In this document: in pieces, positions 28,262 to 38,544 of the stretch | Numbering within the stretch: position 1 is the stretch's first letter | How the letters are laid out: every line of letters starts with the position of its first letter | Source of the DNA: Chloroflexota bacterium | Lineage (GTDB): Bacteria > Chloroflexota > Dehalococcoidia > Dehalococcoidales > UBA5760 | Assembly: GCA_015222205.1 (NCBI GenBank) | Contig: JADFUW010000011.1 | Coordinates: 511-64,510 of the forward strand | Length of the DNA stretch: 64,000 nt | Reading direction: 5' to 3' | Translations under genes and position numbers: made by a program | Notes under the pieces: model-generated | What the model was told of the DNA's origin: nothing | The model's database searches: none | Seen by the model: only the letters and a program-made list of their open reading frames with translations

Positions 28262-28290
28262 ATAATAATGTTAACGACGAGACTTGTCAA
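28262..28290 (-). promoter_or_regulatory. Putative promoter placing the COG1900 mRNA start at or next to its ATG (leaderless-like)
   Basis: Minus strand TTGACA (28290-28285), 17 nt, TATTAT (28267-28262), then only 8 nt (CTTTAGGT) before the ATG at 28253. No Shine-Dalgarno sequence. Confidence 0.35.
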
Positions 28291-28448
28291 TCCAGATTAT
28301 CTCAGTAAACCCAAAAACCGAAAAACATAAGACGCCATACTAGGACCATTCAAATAATATGCTCCCCCTGCGGAGTAACAGAGCTTAAGTTAGGCTAACA
28401 AACGCATGCCATTGACCCTAACTTAAAAATTTGAATGAGTACAGGGTA

Positions 28449-28477
28449 TTGACAAGGCTTATTTTATCTGTTAAAAT
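28449..28477 (+). promoter_or_regulatory. Putative sigma70-type promoter of the surface-protein/ECF operon
   Basis: TTGACA (28449-28454), 17 nt, TAAAAT (28472-28477). About 130-nt leader ending in AAGGAGG before the ATG at 28610. Confidence 0.5.
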
Positions 28478-28609
28478 CAGGTAAGCTAGACTATAATAAA
28501 GTGCACTGAATTATCTGTCAAGATAACCTCATAAGAAATATAGGAGGTAATACAGGACCTGAGCTAATTAAAAAGATAGCAAGTCGATTAAGGAGGTAAC
28601 ATCAGAGCA

Positions 28610-30568
28610 ATGAAGGCAAGATTTAATACTATTGCTGTTAGTCTAGTGGCTGCTTGTGCCCTATTACTGGCGCCAGTGCTTAGCACACCAGTACTGGCAG
28701 ATTCCTATCCCTTCCAGACAACTGACCCTGAGGTGATTGACGCCTTGGATTATCTCTACAGTGAGCAGGATACTGACGGTGCTATCGGTGGTTTTGGTGC
28801 TTCAGCCTGGGTGGTAATAGCCATTGCTGCAGCTGGTGAAGACCCCCATGACTGGAAGGTAGACGATAACCCGTCTATTATCGATTACTTAGCAACTAAT
28901 GCTAGCGATGCTGACTCAGCAACGGATTATGCTCGGATGCTGTTAGCGATTGTAGCTGCTAGCGAAGACCCGAATGACTTTGGCGGCCGGGATTTTGTTT
29001 CCCTTCTGGAGTCAACCTATGACGGCTCGCAGATTGGTGATGACACCCTTCTGAACGATGATTTCTGGGGAGTTATGGGGCTAATCGCCAGCGGTGAGAG
29101 CCCAAGCTCGGATATTATTAGCAACTGTGTAGCCTTTATCCTGAGTAACCAGAACGGCGATGGTGGCTGGAGTTGGGGTGTAGGCGCCGGCAGCGATGTT
29201 GATGATACGGCTGCTGCCGTAATGGCTCTAATCGCCGCTGGCGAGCCTCCGAGTTCTACGGCGGTAACTGACGCCCTGGCTTATATTAAGTCAACCCAGA
29301 TGGCAAGCGGTGGTTTTGAGTCCTGGGGGTCAACCAATGCTGATACCGATTCCTGGGGTATTGATGCTATAGTTGCTGCCGAACAAGACCCCACTGACAC
29401 CGCCTGGGCATCTGGAAGCGGCAATGACTCGATTGATGACCTGCTGACCTTCCGACAGCCGGACGGCTCGTTTTACTGGCAGATTGATAACCCGGGGATG
29501 AGCATACACAAGACAACGGCCTGTGCTATAACCGCTTTATTGGGCAAACCCTTTCCCATAGCAGTCCTGACCCCAGAGGGGGTGACTATTGGTGTCAGGG
29601 TTGAAGGGCAGGGTGAAACTGTCTGGGACGGGAGCGTCACCGTTACCGAGTCTCAGATTACAGCGACCAATAGTGGCACAACCTATCACCTTGAAGACCC
29701 CACCGCCCTTGGGGCTCTAGATGAAGCCTCCCAGGCTGGAGACTTCTCTTACGAAACGACCGACGAATACGGTTCTTTATATGTAACCTCAATAAACGGT
29801 GAGGAACCTGAGGGAATGAGTGGCTGGCTGTACCGGGTAGATTACTTGAGTCCTATGGTAGGTGCGGCTGACTTTATCCTAGATGAGACGACACCTCCCG
29901 ACCCACCACACCATGAAGTCCTCTTTTACTATGGCGAGTGGGGCGAGCCACCACTTAAAATAGAGGTGGATAAAACCGAGGTGGATGTGGACGAGTCATT
30001 CACTGCTACGGTAACCTACTACGATGATGCTACCCAGGCATGGTCTCCCCTTGATAAGGCGACAGTCCATGCTGACCAGAACTATACTACCGGGGCCAAT
30101 GGAACAGTAGATATCACCGTAGATACAGATATGACTCTCAATATCTACGCCGAGAAGGATGGCTTCATTCGCAGCAATAGGATTACCGTCACGGTAGGCA
30201 CCGGCACTGGTGGCGCTAGTGAAGTGGGCCTTACGGCTGATATCATGCCAGCGATAAGCTTCACCGTTGACCCCAGCAGCATAGACTTCGGCGAGCTAGG
30301 TCCCCGGGACACCAGCGACCTGCACACGATAAGCATAACCAATACCGGTACTTGGGCACTGCTAATCTCCTGTACCGTGAGTGACGATGCTAACGACCTT
30401 TACGCCGATGGCCTTAAGCTGGACGAGGAAATGTGGGACTTGTTTAACGCCAGTATTGCCAGGGATAACTCCCAAGATACCGATGTCACGCTAACCGTTC
30501 CGGAAAACTATTCTGGGGTGGGTGAACAGGGCGGGGCAATAATCTTCTGGGCATCGGAGGCACCCTAA
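28610..30568 (+). CDS. Secreted multidomain protein: alpha/alpha-toroid (prenyltransferase-like) repeats + DUF4430-like domain + two Ig-like domains
   Basis: Signal peptide ...PVLSTPVLA/DS. Six roughly 45-aa repeats (e.g. NQNGDGGWSW...DDTAAAVMALIAAGEPPSS). DUF4430-like YVTSINGEEPEGMSGWLYRVDY...AADFIL. C-terminal beta-rich modules. Confidence 0.8.
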   Translation: MKARFNTIAVSLVAACALLLAPVLSTPVLADSYPFQTTDPEVIDALDYLYSEQDTDGAIGGFGASAWVVIAIAAAGEDPHDWKVDDNPSIIDYLATNASDADSATDYARMLLAIVAASEDPNDFGGRDFVSLLESTYDGSQIGDDTLLNDDFWGVMGLIASGESPSSDIISNCVAFILSNQNGDGGWSWGVGAGSDVDDTAAAVMALIAAGEPPSSTAVTDALAYIKSTQMASGGFESWGSTNADTDSWGIDAIVAAEQDPTDTAWASGSGNDSIDDLLTFRQPDGSFYWQIDNPGMSIHKTTACAITALLGKPFPIAVLTPEGVTIGVRVEGQGETVWDGSVTVTESQITATNSGTTYHLEDPTALGALDEASQAGDFSYETTDEYGSLYVTSINGEEPEGMSGWLYRVDYLSPMVGAADFILDETTPPDPPHHEVLFYYGEWGEPPLKIEVDKTEVDVDESFTATVTYYDDATQAWSPLDKATVHADQNYTTGANGTVDITVDTDMTLNIYAEKDGFIRSNRITVTVGTGTGGASEVGLTADIMPAISFTVDPSSIDFGELGPRDTSDLHTISITNTGTWALLISCTVSDDANDLYADGLKLDEEMWDLFNASIARDNSQDTDVTLTVPENYSGVGEQGGAIIFWASEAP

Positions 30569-30594
30569 CACCAATCTAAAAGAAATCCTTTATC

Positions 30595-30619
30595 GGGGAG
30601 GGGTATCCTACCCCTCCCC
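30595..30619 (+). terminator. Strong 11-bp hairpin between the surface-protein gene and the next gene (attenuator or partial terminator; no clean T-tract)
   Basis: GGGGAGGGGTA tcc TACCCCTCCCC, a perfect stem, 27 nt after the stop at 30568. Confidence 0.4.
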
Positions 30620-30648
30620 AAGCAAACCTGAAGCTAAGGGAGGCTGTT

Positions 30649-31185
30649 TTGTTAAACAAGGTAGCCAGCGTGTTTTTGTTACTTATAGCGTTCTCAGTAT
30701 TGTTTCCCAGCCAGGTGCTGGCACTGGGGGTAGGAGTAGCTCCACACAAGCTAGAATTAGAAGCCTACCCATTAGGTTCAACGACAAGCCAGATTAATGT
30801 CCTTAACACCTCAACTGAAGAGGGCCTATACCAGGTATACGCTGAGGGAGAAGGCAAGGACTGGTTCAGTATTACCCCCGAGGAATTTGTGCTCAAACCC
30901 GATAGTAGCCAGGTGGTAGAAGTAGCCATATCACCACCGCTGACTGCCCATGGTGATTATAATGCCTCTATCTGTGTTGTTTCTCTTGTGCCTGCCTCAG
31001 AACTCAAGGTCGGCTGTGGCGTAAAGGTGCCAGTGCACATCGTGATAGTACCACCGCCGCCAATAGGCAGGGTAGCCGAGATTATGCAAGGGGCATCATT
31101 ACTATGGATAATTATCGCCGTAGCCGCAGCCGTAGTTATCGGGGTTGTCATCTGGAGAAGACGAAGAAGGGCTTATGAGACATAG
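30649..31185 (+). CDS. Small surface protein: signal peptide, Ig-like domain, C-terminal TM anchor with RRRRR stop-transfer
   Basis: TTG start after GGGAGG. N-terminal hydrophobic segment ...SQVLA. C-terminal LLWIIIAVAAAVVIGVVIWRRRRR. Confidence 0.65.
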   Translation: MLNKVASVFLLLIAFSVLFPSQVLALGVGVAPHKLELEAYPLGSTTSQINVLNTSTEEGLYQVYAEGEGKDWFSITPEEFVLKPDSSQVVEVAISPPLTAHGDYNASICVVSLVPASELKVGCGVKVPVHIVIVPPPPIGRVAEIMQGASLLWIIIAVAAAVVIGVVIWRRRRRAYET

Positions 31186-32158
31186 AAAGCTAGCCAGTCT
31201 TATTGGAATAGGGGTCCTGACAGCTTTACTATGCAGTTGTACAGCCAGTACATCATTACTGACAAACGAGGGTAGTCTACCCCCTGCTGACCATAGCTCA
31301 TCGGCTAAGGTAGTGGTAACCAGTGACTTCGGCAAAGAGATATTTATCGAGGAAACAATAGTTATTAGCGAGAATACTACCGCCTTAGACGCTTTACAGC
31401 AGGTCGCTGGGGTTGAAACCAAGTATGGGGGAGGTTTTGTTAGCGCCATCAACAGCATTGGCTCTGAATATGAGGGGGCTAACCAGCAGAAAAAGGACTG
31501 GTTTTTCTATATCAATGGTATGTCAACCAACATCGGTGCCGGCCAGTATATTCTTCAGGATGGCGACATTGAGCACTGGGACTTCAGGGGGTGGGGCTTC
31601 CGCCAGTTTGTGCCGGCGATAATCGGCGACTTCCCAGAGCCATTTCTCCACGGCTATGGGGGGGTGGTCTATCCCACCATAATTATCCATCAAGACGGCT
31701 GGGAAGAAGATGCCCAGCGCATAGCTGATAAATTAAGCCAGCTTGGCGTAGAGAGCATCTATACCAGGGGTATCAACGAGCTATCAACGGATGAGAAGAG
31801 CTCCTGTAACCTCATCCTGTTAGGTGAAAGTAACTTCCAGCCTATAGAGGAGATAAACCAGCCCTGGAACCGACTCGGTTTTTACTGCTACTTTGAGGAT
31901 AGTTGTCTTCAGGTCTTTGACTCGGTGGGAGAATCAGCCGCTGAGTATGAAGGCAAGGCAGGTGTTATCCAGGCAACCCAGAGCCCCTGGAACCCAAAGG
32001 GCATCGGGGTGTGCGAAAATGTGGTCTGGATGGTGTCTGGTTTAGATAAGGCCGGGATAAAAGCTGCCGTGAATACTCTGGTTAATCACGATAACGATTT
32101 TCAATATACCGGTGCCATAGTAATAGCCAGCGGAGATACAGTCAGGGTGCCCCAGTGA
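31175..32158 (+). CDS. Membrane-anchored or lipoprotein-like DUF4430-domain protein
   Basis: I chose the start MRHRKLASLIGIGVLTALLCSC. The DUF4430-like core is TALDALQQVAG...GGGFVSAINSIG...KKDWFFYINGMSTNIGAGQYILQDGDIEHWDF. The roughly 190-aa C-terminal domain is unrecognised. Confidence 0.7.
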   Translation: MRHRKLASLIGIGVLTALLCSCTASTSLLTNEGSLPPADHSSSAKVVVTSDFGKEIFIEETIVISENTTALDALQQVAGVETKYGGGFVSAINSIGSEYEGANQQKKDWFFYINGMSTNIGAGQYILQDGDIEHWDFRGWGFRQFVPAIIGDFPEPFLHGYGGVVYPTIIIHQDGWEEDAQRIADKLSQLGVESIYTRGINELSTDEKSSCNLILLGESNFQPIEEINQPWNRLGFYCYFEDSCLQVFDSVGESAAEYEGKAGVIQATQSPWNPKGIGVCENVVWMVSGLDKAGIKAAVNTLVNHDNDFQYTGAIVIASGDTVRVPQ

Positions 32159-33081
32159 TAAGCCTTAGATACCGGAATAAAGGAACTCCTGTCCACAAGC
32201 TCAACCCCTTCTGCAAACTGGCCTGGGCTGGTAGCATACTGGTTCTAGCCCTAATCCTTGATAATCCGCTTTTTCTCCTCGTATTATTTCTATCAACGCT
32301 GCCGGTAATAAAAGCGGCTAGGGTATGGAAGGAGTGGCTCTCTACCATGAAATTCACCCTCTTTCTGTGCCTGGCAATTATACTGATAAACGCTCTGGTA
32401 AGCTCTCACGGCAGCCACGTTCTACTGGAAGCCCCTTTTCGCATCCCGATAATGGGCGCCCCGGTAATAACCCTGGAGGCTATAGTTTATGGAGTAGCCA
32501 TGTCACTGAGGTTACTGGCAATAATCTCCGCCTTTGCCATACTCACCTTCACAGTTCATCCTGATGACATGATGCTGGCCATGATAAGGATGAAGCTACC
32601 CTATAAATCGGTGCTGGTAACCTCACTCTCCACCAGGTTTATTCCCACCCTGTTTGATGATATAGAGCGTATTACCGATGTCCAGAGGTCAAGGGGAGTG
32701 GAGCTTGACAAGGGAAGACTAACCCACAGAATCAGGGGCCGCTCGTCCATTGTGACTGCCCTCTTATCTAATTCCCTAGACAGGGCGGTTCAGGTTGCCG
32801 AGGCAATGGAATCAAGGGCATTTGGTACCGGCAGGAATCGAACCTTCTACAAGGACATAAGGTTCAGCCTGATTGATGTGACCACACTGGTGTTTGCCCT
32901 CCTCCCCTGTGCCCTGGGTATCTTTATGGCGGTCTCCAAGTATGGACAGTATCAATACTACCCCACTTTAGGTGGGATTGGTCTTAGCGGTATAGAGTGG
33001 TTCTTATTGGCACTAATGGTGTCTATCTTATCTGTCATATTACTACTAGCCCATGTAAAGCAGAGGGTTGACCTTGATTAG
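32155..33081 (+). CDS. ecfT: ECF transporter transmembrane (T) component, CbiQ/EcfT family
   Basis: Polytopic membrane protein with the coupling-helix region STRFIPTLFDDIERITDVQRSRG, typical of EcfT. Confidence 0.8.
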   Translation: MISLRYRNKGTPVHKLNPFCKLAWAGSILVLALILDNPLFLLVLFLSTLPVIKAARVWKEWLSTMKFTLFLCLAIILINALVSSHGSHVLLEAPFRIPIMGAPVITLEAIVYGVAMSLRLLAIISAFAILTFTVHPDDMMLAMIRMKLPYKSVLVTSLSTRFIPTLFDDIERITDVQRSRGVELDKGRLTHRIRGRSSIVTALLSNSLDRAVQVAEAMESRAFGTGRNRTFYKDIRFSLIDVTTLVFALLPCALGIFMAVSKYGQYQYYPTLGGIGLSGIEWFLLALMVSILSVILLLAHVKQRVDLD

Positions 33082-34747
33082 GATAGAAGGCTTAACGTTT
33101 TACTACAGTGGTGCTACGCAGCCGTCCCTACAGGATATAAACCTAGAAGTTAACGGCGGGGAGTTTGTCCTGGTGACCGGCCCCTCTGGCGGTGGTAAGT
33201 CAAGCCTGTGCCGCTGTCTTAATGGCCTCATACCCCATTTCTACGGGGGAAAGATAGCCGGCCGGGTAGAGGTAGGAGGGCTGGATACACTCAAGCACTC
33301 AACCAGGGAACTCGCTACCAGGGTGGGTATGGTATTCCAGGACCCCGAAAACCAGCTGGTTAGCCTGGATGTAGAGCGGGAGATTGCTTTCGGCCTGGAG
33401 AATCTTGCCTTCCCCAAGGAGCTTATCGCCAAGCGGATTGAGGAATCACTGGATACACTTGGTATCTCTGATCTCCGTTATCGGCATCTCCACGAGCTTT
33501 CCGGTGGGGAGAAGCAAAAGGTTGCTATCGCCTCAGTCCTGGCACTTCATCCCAGTATTCTGATACTGGATGAGCCAACCTCAGAGCTTGACCCCAAGGG
33601 CGCTGAGGAGGTGCTTTCCGTAGTAACACGGCTGAATGATGAGCTGGGTCTTACTGTGATATTAGTAGAGCACCGGCTGGACAGGGTGCTCCAGTATGCT
33701 GACCGCCTAATAGCCTTCAACCAGGGAAGGATTACCGTTGATGGTAAGGTCAGGGATATCATGGGTAGTTGCTACCAAGAGCTTTTACAGATGGGGGTTG
33801 GCGTGCCCCCGATGATTCGGCTGGTTCAGGGACTAAGAGACAGGGGTATCAGCATAGACGGGACACCGCTTACGGTTAAAGAGGGGCGAGCTATGCTCGA
33901 TAAGGCCCTCCACGGAGTTTCAGGACAGTTCACTCGCTCCAGTGAGGGTAATAACAGCAAGCCGCTGGTGGAAACAACAAGGCTCTGGTATGCCTATCCC
34001 GATGGACTCACCGCCCTGAAGGATATCAGTCTCAGCATAGGTGCCGGAGAATTTGTAGCTATTATCGGGAGGAACGCCTCAGGGAAAACGACACTGGTCA
34101 AGCACTTTAACCACCTCCTGACGCCCACTAAGGGGAGGGTCAAGATAGATGGCATTGATACCCGGGGAGCCACTATCGCCGAACTGGCTAAGAAGGTTGG
34201 CTTTGTCTTTCAGAACCCGAATGACCATCTTTTCGCTGATACTGTTAACGACGAAATTACCTTTACCCTGAAGAACCTGGGGTTTGATAGCAGCGAGATA
34301 GAATCACGCACCAGCGAGGTGCTGGCGAAGTTTAATCTTATAGAGTATAGAAATCATTATCCCCGCTCACTGAGCGGTGGGGAAAAGCAACGGGTTGCCC
34401 TCGCCTCAGTCCTTGCCTTAAATCCCAAGATTCTGATTCTGGATGAGCCGACCCGGGGAATGGAATACCGGCTTAAGAGTGAGCTGATGTGCTTCCTGGA
34501 AGAATACCGGCAGCAGGGCAACACCGTGATTCTGGTGAGCCATGACGTAGAGATGGTGGCTGAGTATGCTGACCGGGTGATACTGCTGAGTGAGGGAAAA
34601 ATTGTGGTTGATGGGGAAAAACATGATGTGTTGTCTCAGGCACTCCTGTTCTCCCCGCAGATAAACCGCCTGGCTCAAGCCTTTACCGGATACGGCGTCC
34701 CCAATAATATATTGACGGTTGATGAAGTGCTGGGTATGTTATCATGA
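33068..34747 (+). CDS. ecfA: Fused duplicated ECF ATPase (EcfA-EcfA')
   Basis: Two complete ABC cassettes: GPSGGGKSS / LSGGEKQKVAIA / ILILDEP, and GRNASGKTT / LSGGEKQRVALA / ILILDEP. Confidence 0.9.
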   Translation: MTLIRIEGLTFYYSGATQPSLQDINLEVNGGEFVLVTGPSGGGKSSLCRCLNGLIPHFYGGKIAGRVEVGGLDTLKHSTRELATRVGMVFQDPENQLVSLDVEREIAFGLENLAFPKELIAKRIEESLDTLGISDLRYRHLHELSGGEKQKVAIASVLALHPSILILDEPTSELDPKGAEEVLSVVTRLNDELGLTVILVEHRLDRVLQYADRLIAFNQGRITVDGKVRDIMGSCYQELLQMGVGVPPMIRLVQGLRDRGISIDGTPLTVKEGRAMLDKALHGVSGQFTRSSEGNNSKPLVETTRLWYAYPDGLTALKDISLSIGAGEFVAIIGRNASGKTTLVKHFNHLLTPTKGRVKIDGIDTRGATIAELAKKVGFVFQNPNDHLFADTVNDEITFTLKNLGFDSSEIESRTSEVLAKFNLIEYRNHYPRSLSGGEKQRVALASVLALNPKILILDEPTRGMEYRLKSELMCFLEEYRQQGNTVILVSHDVEMVAEYADRVILLSEGKIVVDGEKHDVLSQALLFSPQINRLAQAFTGYGVPNNILTVDEVLGMLS

Positions 34748-35484
34748 AACGGAGATACATCTTTCTTACCCTTATTTTGGCTCTGGGCATAGCTAGCTTT
34801 ATGGCATCGGTGTTTAGTCCATCCCCACTTGATATCCTGTCAAACTGGGGGTTGGTATCAACCATACTGGTCAGCTTAGCTATCACTGCCTTCTTCTTTG
34901 AGTTTGAAGAGGCAGCAGTAAGCTCCAAGGAAATAGCCCTGGTGGGAATGCTAGGAACCGTAGCCACCGTGATAAGAATTCCCTTTGCTGCCATACCCAG
35001 CGTGCAACCATGCACCGCCCTGATAATCTGCTCCGGATATGTCTTCGGACCGGTGGCTGGCTTCATGGTTGGTGCCATAACGGCTCTTGTCTCCAACTTT
35101 TTCCTCGGGCAGGGCCCCTGGACAATATATCAGATGTTTGCCTGGGGAATGGCTGGCATCAGTGCCGCTTATCTTAAGCGGTTCAATCTGAGTACAAGGG
35201 GGCTTATCGCTTTCGGCATTATCTGGGGCTATGCTTTTGGCGCCATAATGAATACATGGTTCTGGGCCTCTTTTATCTATCCACTGACACTAAAAACCTT
35301 TATCGTCGCCCAGCTCAATAGTGTGTGGTTTGATACTGCCCATGCCGTGGGCACTGCTGTCTTACTAGGGCTGTTTGGCAAGAAAACTATAGCTATTCTA
35401 GAGAGGTTCAAAGAAAAGTTCCAGTGGGGGACACTCAAGACTGATTTGCCACCCACCCTGCATGTTTTTGCCTCGGACACCTAG
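34744..35484 (+). CDS. Putative ECF substrate-capture (S) component, six-TM membrane protein
   Basis: 246 aa and highly hydrophobic. It is the last gene of the ECF module and its start overlaps the ecfA stop. The substrate family was not recognised. Confidence 0.6.
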   Translation: MKRRYIFLTLILALGIASFMASVFSPSPLDILSNWGLVSTILVSLAITAFFFEFEEAAVSSKEIALVGMLGTVATVIRIPFAAIPSVQPCTALIICSGYVFGPVAGFMVGAITALVSNFFLGQGPWTIYQMFAWGMAGISAAYLKRFNLSTRGLIAFGIIWGYAFGAIMNTWFWASFIYPLTLKTFIVAQLNSVWFDTAHAVGTAVLLGLFGKKTIAILERFKEKFQWGTLKTDLPPTLHVFASDT

Positions 35485-35553
35485 CCTGTCCATTTGCCGT
35501 AGATGCCAGATACAGTCAATTTCACACTCATCTGTAACCGGAGTGGCTTTCAC

Positions 35554-35629
35554 TGGCTCCCCGAGTAGGACTCGAACCTACAACCTAGCGGTTAACAGCC
35601 GCCCACTCTACCAATTGAGCTATCGGGGA
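35554..35629 (-). tRNA. tRNA-Asn (anticodon GTT), CCA encoded
   Basis: Minus strand TCCCCGATAGCTCAATTGGTAGAGTGGGCGGCTGTTAACCGCTAGGTTGTAGGTTCGAGTCCTACTCGGGGAGCCA. Confidence 0.9.
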
Positions 35630-35947
35630 ATAAAGTGGCTAACTACACAGAAACCATATCGAACTTCTTGCGACCCGACTTGGTCTCCAAACTACCCCAA
35701 AAGTTAAGACCATGGCCATGCCAACCGCAGCTATTATACCAATAAATACATGAGACGACAACAGAGTGAGCTGGTTCATACGATTAATGACACTTAGCCT
35801 CTTTTCTTTGATGATACTTTTGCTGTTCCAAAAACATGGCTTCTGTCCCTGGAGGGCACTATTTTTTCTCCAAAGACAGACTGAAAGGAACAGGCATAAT
35901 CGGAGCACAGACCCTCTTTATCGCAAAAAGGCTCTCTACATCTCTTG

Positions 35948-36310
35948 CTAAGCCTTCTTAGCGGTTTTTACCTCATATGAGGTGAAAATAAAATTCAGGT
36001 CATTTTGCAAAGCATCAATCTTTTGCCGTGGGAAAAGCTTCTCATCTATATCAAATATTACCCTTGTCTCACCCTCGGCTGAGCCCACGATATGTACCCT
36101 GAGACACTCTCCTTTACCCTTGTCCCCCTCACCCTGAAGCCTAAAAGTCAGTGTGCCCCGAGAAATAAATGACGATGTATCGCCCGGCAAAGAGTATGTT
36201 TCTAGTTTTGTCTCTTCTACAACCATCCCCTTCTGCTTTAGAGTAAAGTCTTTTACCTCATCATAAAGTAACTCCGGGTTTATATTCTGGTATGTTTTTC
36301 TAATCTGCAT
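35948..36310 (-). CDS. Hypothetical protein (120 aa, soluble, no recognised family)
   Basis: Clean ORF preceded by GGAGG-like AGGAGGTTAAAGAG and flanked by intergenic regions. Confidence 0.55.
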   Translation of the reverse strand: MQIRKTYQNINPELLYDEVKDFTLKQKGMVVEETKLETYSLPGDTSSFISRGTLTFRLQGEGDKGKGECLRVHIVGSAEGETRVIFDIDEKLFPRQKIDALQNDLNFIFTSYEVKTAKKA

Positions 36311-36498
36311 CTCTGGCTCTTTAACCTCCTAATTTGATGCCCACAGTTATCTATCTGAAGTATATAATAAACCTAACAGCGCAATTTGTCACTCTCGTTA
36401 AGGGAAGAAAATATTAGACTCAGGTCATCATAATCTCGCTATTTGCCGAATACTAAAGGGTATGCTATACTATTTCACAGCTAGAAAGGGGTTTAAGT

Positions 36499-37284
36499 TT
36501 GGCAGATACAGTTACTATTAAGCAACTTTTAGAGTCTGGCGCCCACTTTGGACACCAGACAAGTCGGTGGCACCCTCGTATGAAGAGGTACATCTTTACC
36601 AAGCGTAACGGCATTCATATTATTGACCTAGAGCAAACGGTCAGCATGTTGGGCAATGCCTGCAACTTTATTAAGCAGGTGGTAGCTGATGGTGGCAATA
36701 TCCTTTTTGTTGGCACTAAAAGGCAGGCTCAGGAGACCATAGAAGAAGAGACTAGACGCTGTGACATGTATTATGTCAACCAACGCTGGCTTGGAGGAGT
36801 GCTAACCAATTTTAGCACTATCCAAAACCGTATAGACTATCTGGTTCGCCTGGAAGACCAGCAGGCTAAGGGTGAGTTTAGCCGCCTGCCTAAGAAGGAG
36901 GCTTTGAAGTTAGAGAAGGAAATTATACGCCTCAACCGCCTGATAGGCGGTTTCAAAGAGATGACTAGCCTGCCGGCGGCTCTGTTCATCGTTGACGTCA
37001 TTAAGGAAAGACTGGCTTTAGCTGAAGCTAAACGTGTAGGAATTCCAGTTGCCGCCATAGCTGATACCAATTGTGACCCTACTGATATCAACTACCCTAT
37101 CCCAGCTAATGATGATGCCATTAAATCCATCAAGCTAATATGTAGTAGAATTGCCGATGCCGTTATAGAGGGCAAGGCCGGAGAGGCAGCAATTCTGACA
37201 CCGGAGGTACCGGAAGAGGCTACGGAGAGGTTTGACACAGCAGAAATTACCGAGCCTGTTATTTTAACCCCTGACGATGAGTAA
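36499..37284 (+). CDS. rpsB: 30S ribosomal protein S2
   Basis: [24 protein letters not shown]; TTG start. Confidence 0.95.
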   Translation: MADTVTIKQLLESGAHFGHQTSRWHPRMKRYIFTKRNGIHIIDLEQTVSMLGNACNFIKQVVADGGNILFVGTKRQAQETIEEETRRCDMYYVNQRWLGGVLTNFSTIQNRIDYLVRLEDQQAKGEFSRLPKKEALKLEKEIIRLNRLIGGFKEMTSLPAALFIVDVIKERLALAEAKRVGIPVAAIADTNCDPTDINYPIPANDDAIKSIKLICSRIADAVIEGKAGEAAILTPEVPEEATERFDTAEITEPVILTPDDE

Positions 37285-37299
37285 AAGAAGGAGAATGAG

Positions 37300-38540
<1,241 letters not shown>

Positions 38541-38544
38541 AACG

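Noticed and set aside
28254-28448. SAM or methionine-type riboswitch, or T-box, upstream of the COG1900 gene
   Set aside because: No SAM-I/II/SAM-SAH consensus elements were seen on the minus strand. The only structure is an 8-bp hairpin (AAGTTAGG...CCTAACTT) far upstream. A promoter abuts the ATG instead.
28478-28609. Possible cobalamin riboswitch in the leader of the DUF4430/ECF operon
   Set aside because: The leader is only about 130 nt. I could find neither a B12 box (GCCACTG-like core in its usual context) nor the multi-stem architecture. GTGCACTG at about 28502 is an isolated partial match.
15445-35553. Annotating the tRNA-Asn-bracketed 20 kb as a mobile element
   Set aside because: It contains no integrase, excisionase, transposase, conjugation or phage genes, and it includes core metabolism (gcv, lipAB, tRNAs). 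I report it only as an att-like scar hypothesis, not as a mobile_element feature.
35639-35951. Two mutually antisense small ORFs (35639-35908 minus, 35766-35951 plus) next to tRNA-Asn
   Set aside because: Neither has a convincing RBS or a recognisable family. A short TM peptide (MNQLTLLSSHVFIGIIAAVGMAMVLTFGVVW...) is possible but unsupported.
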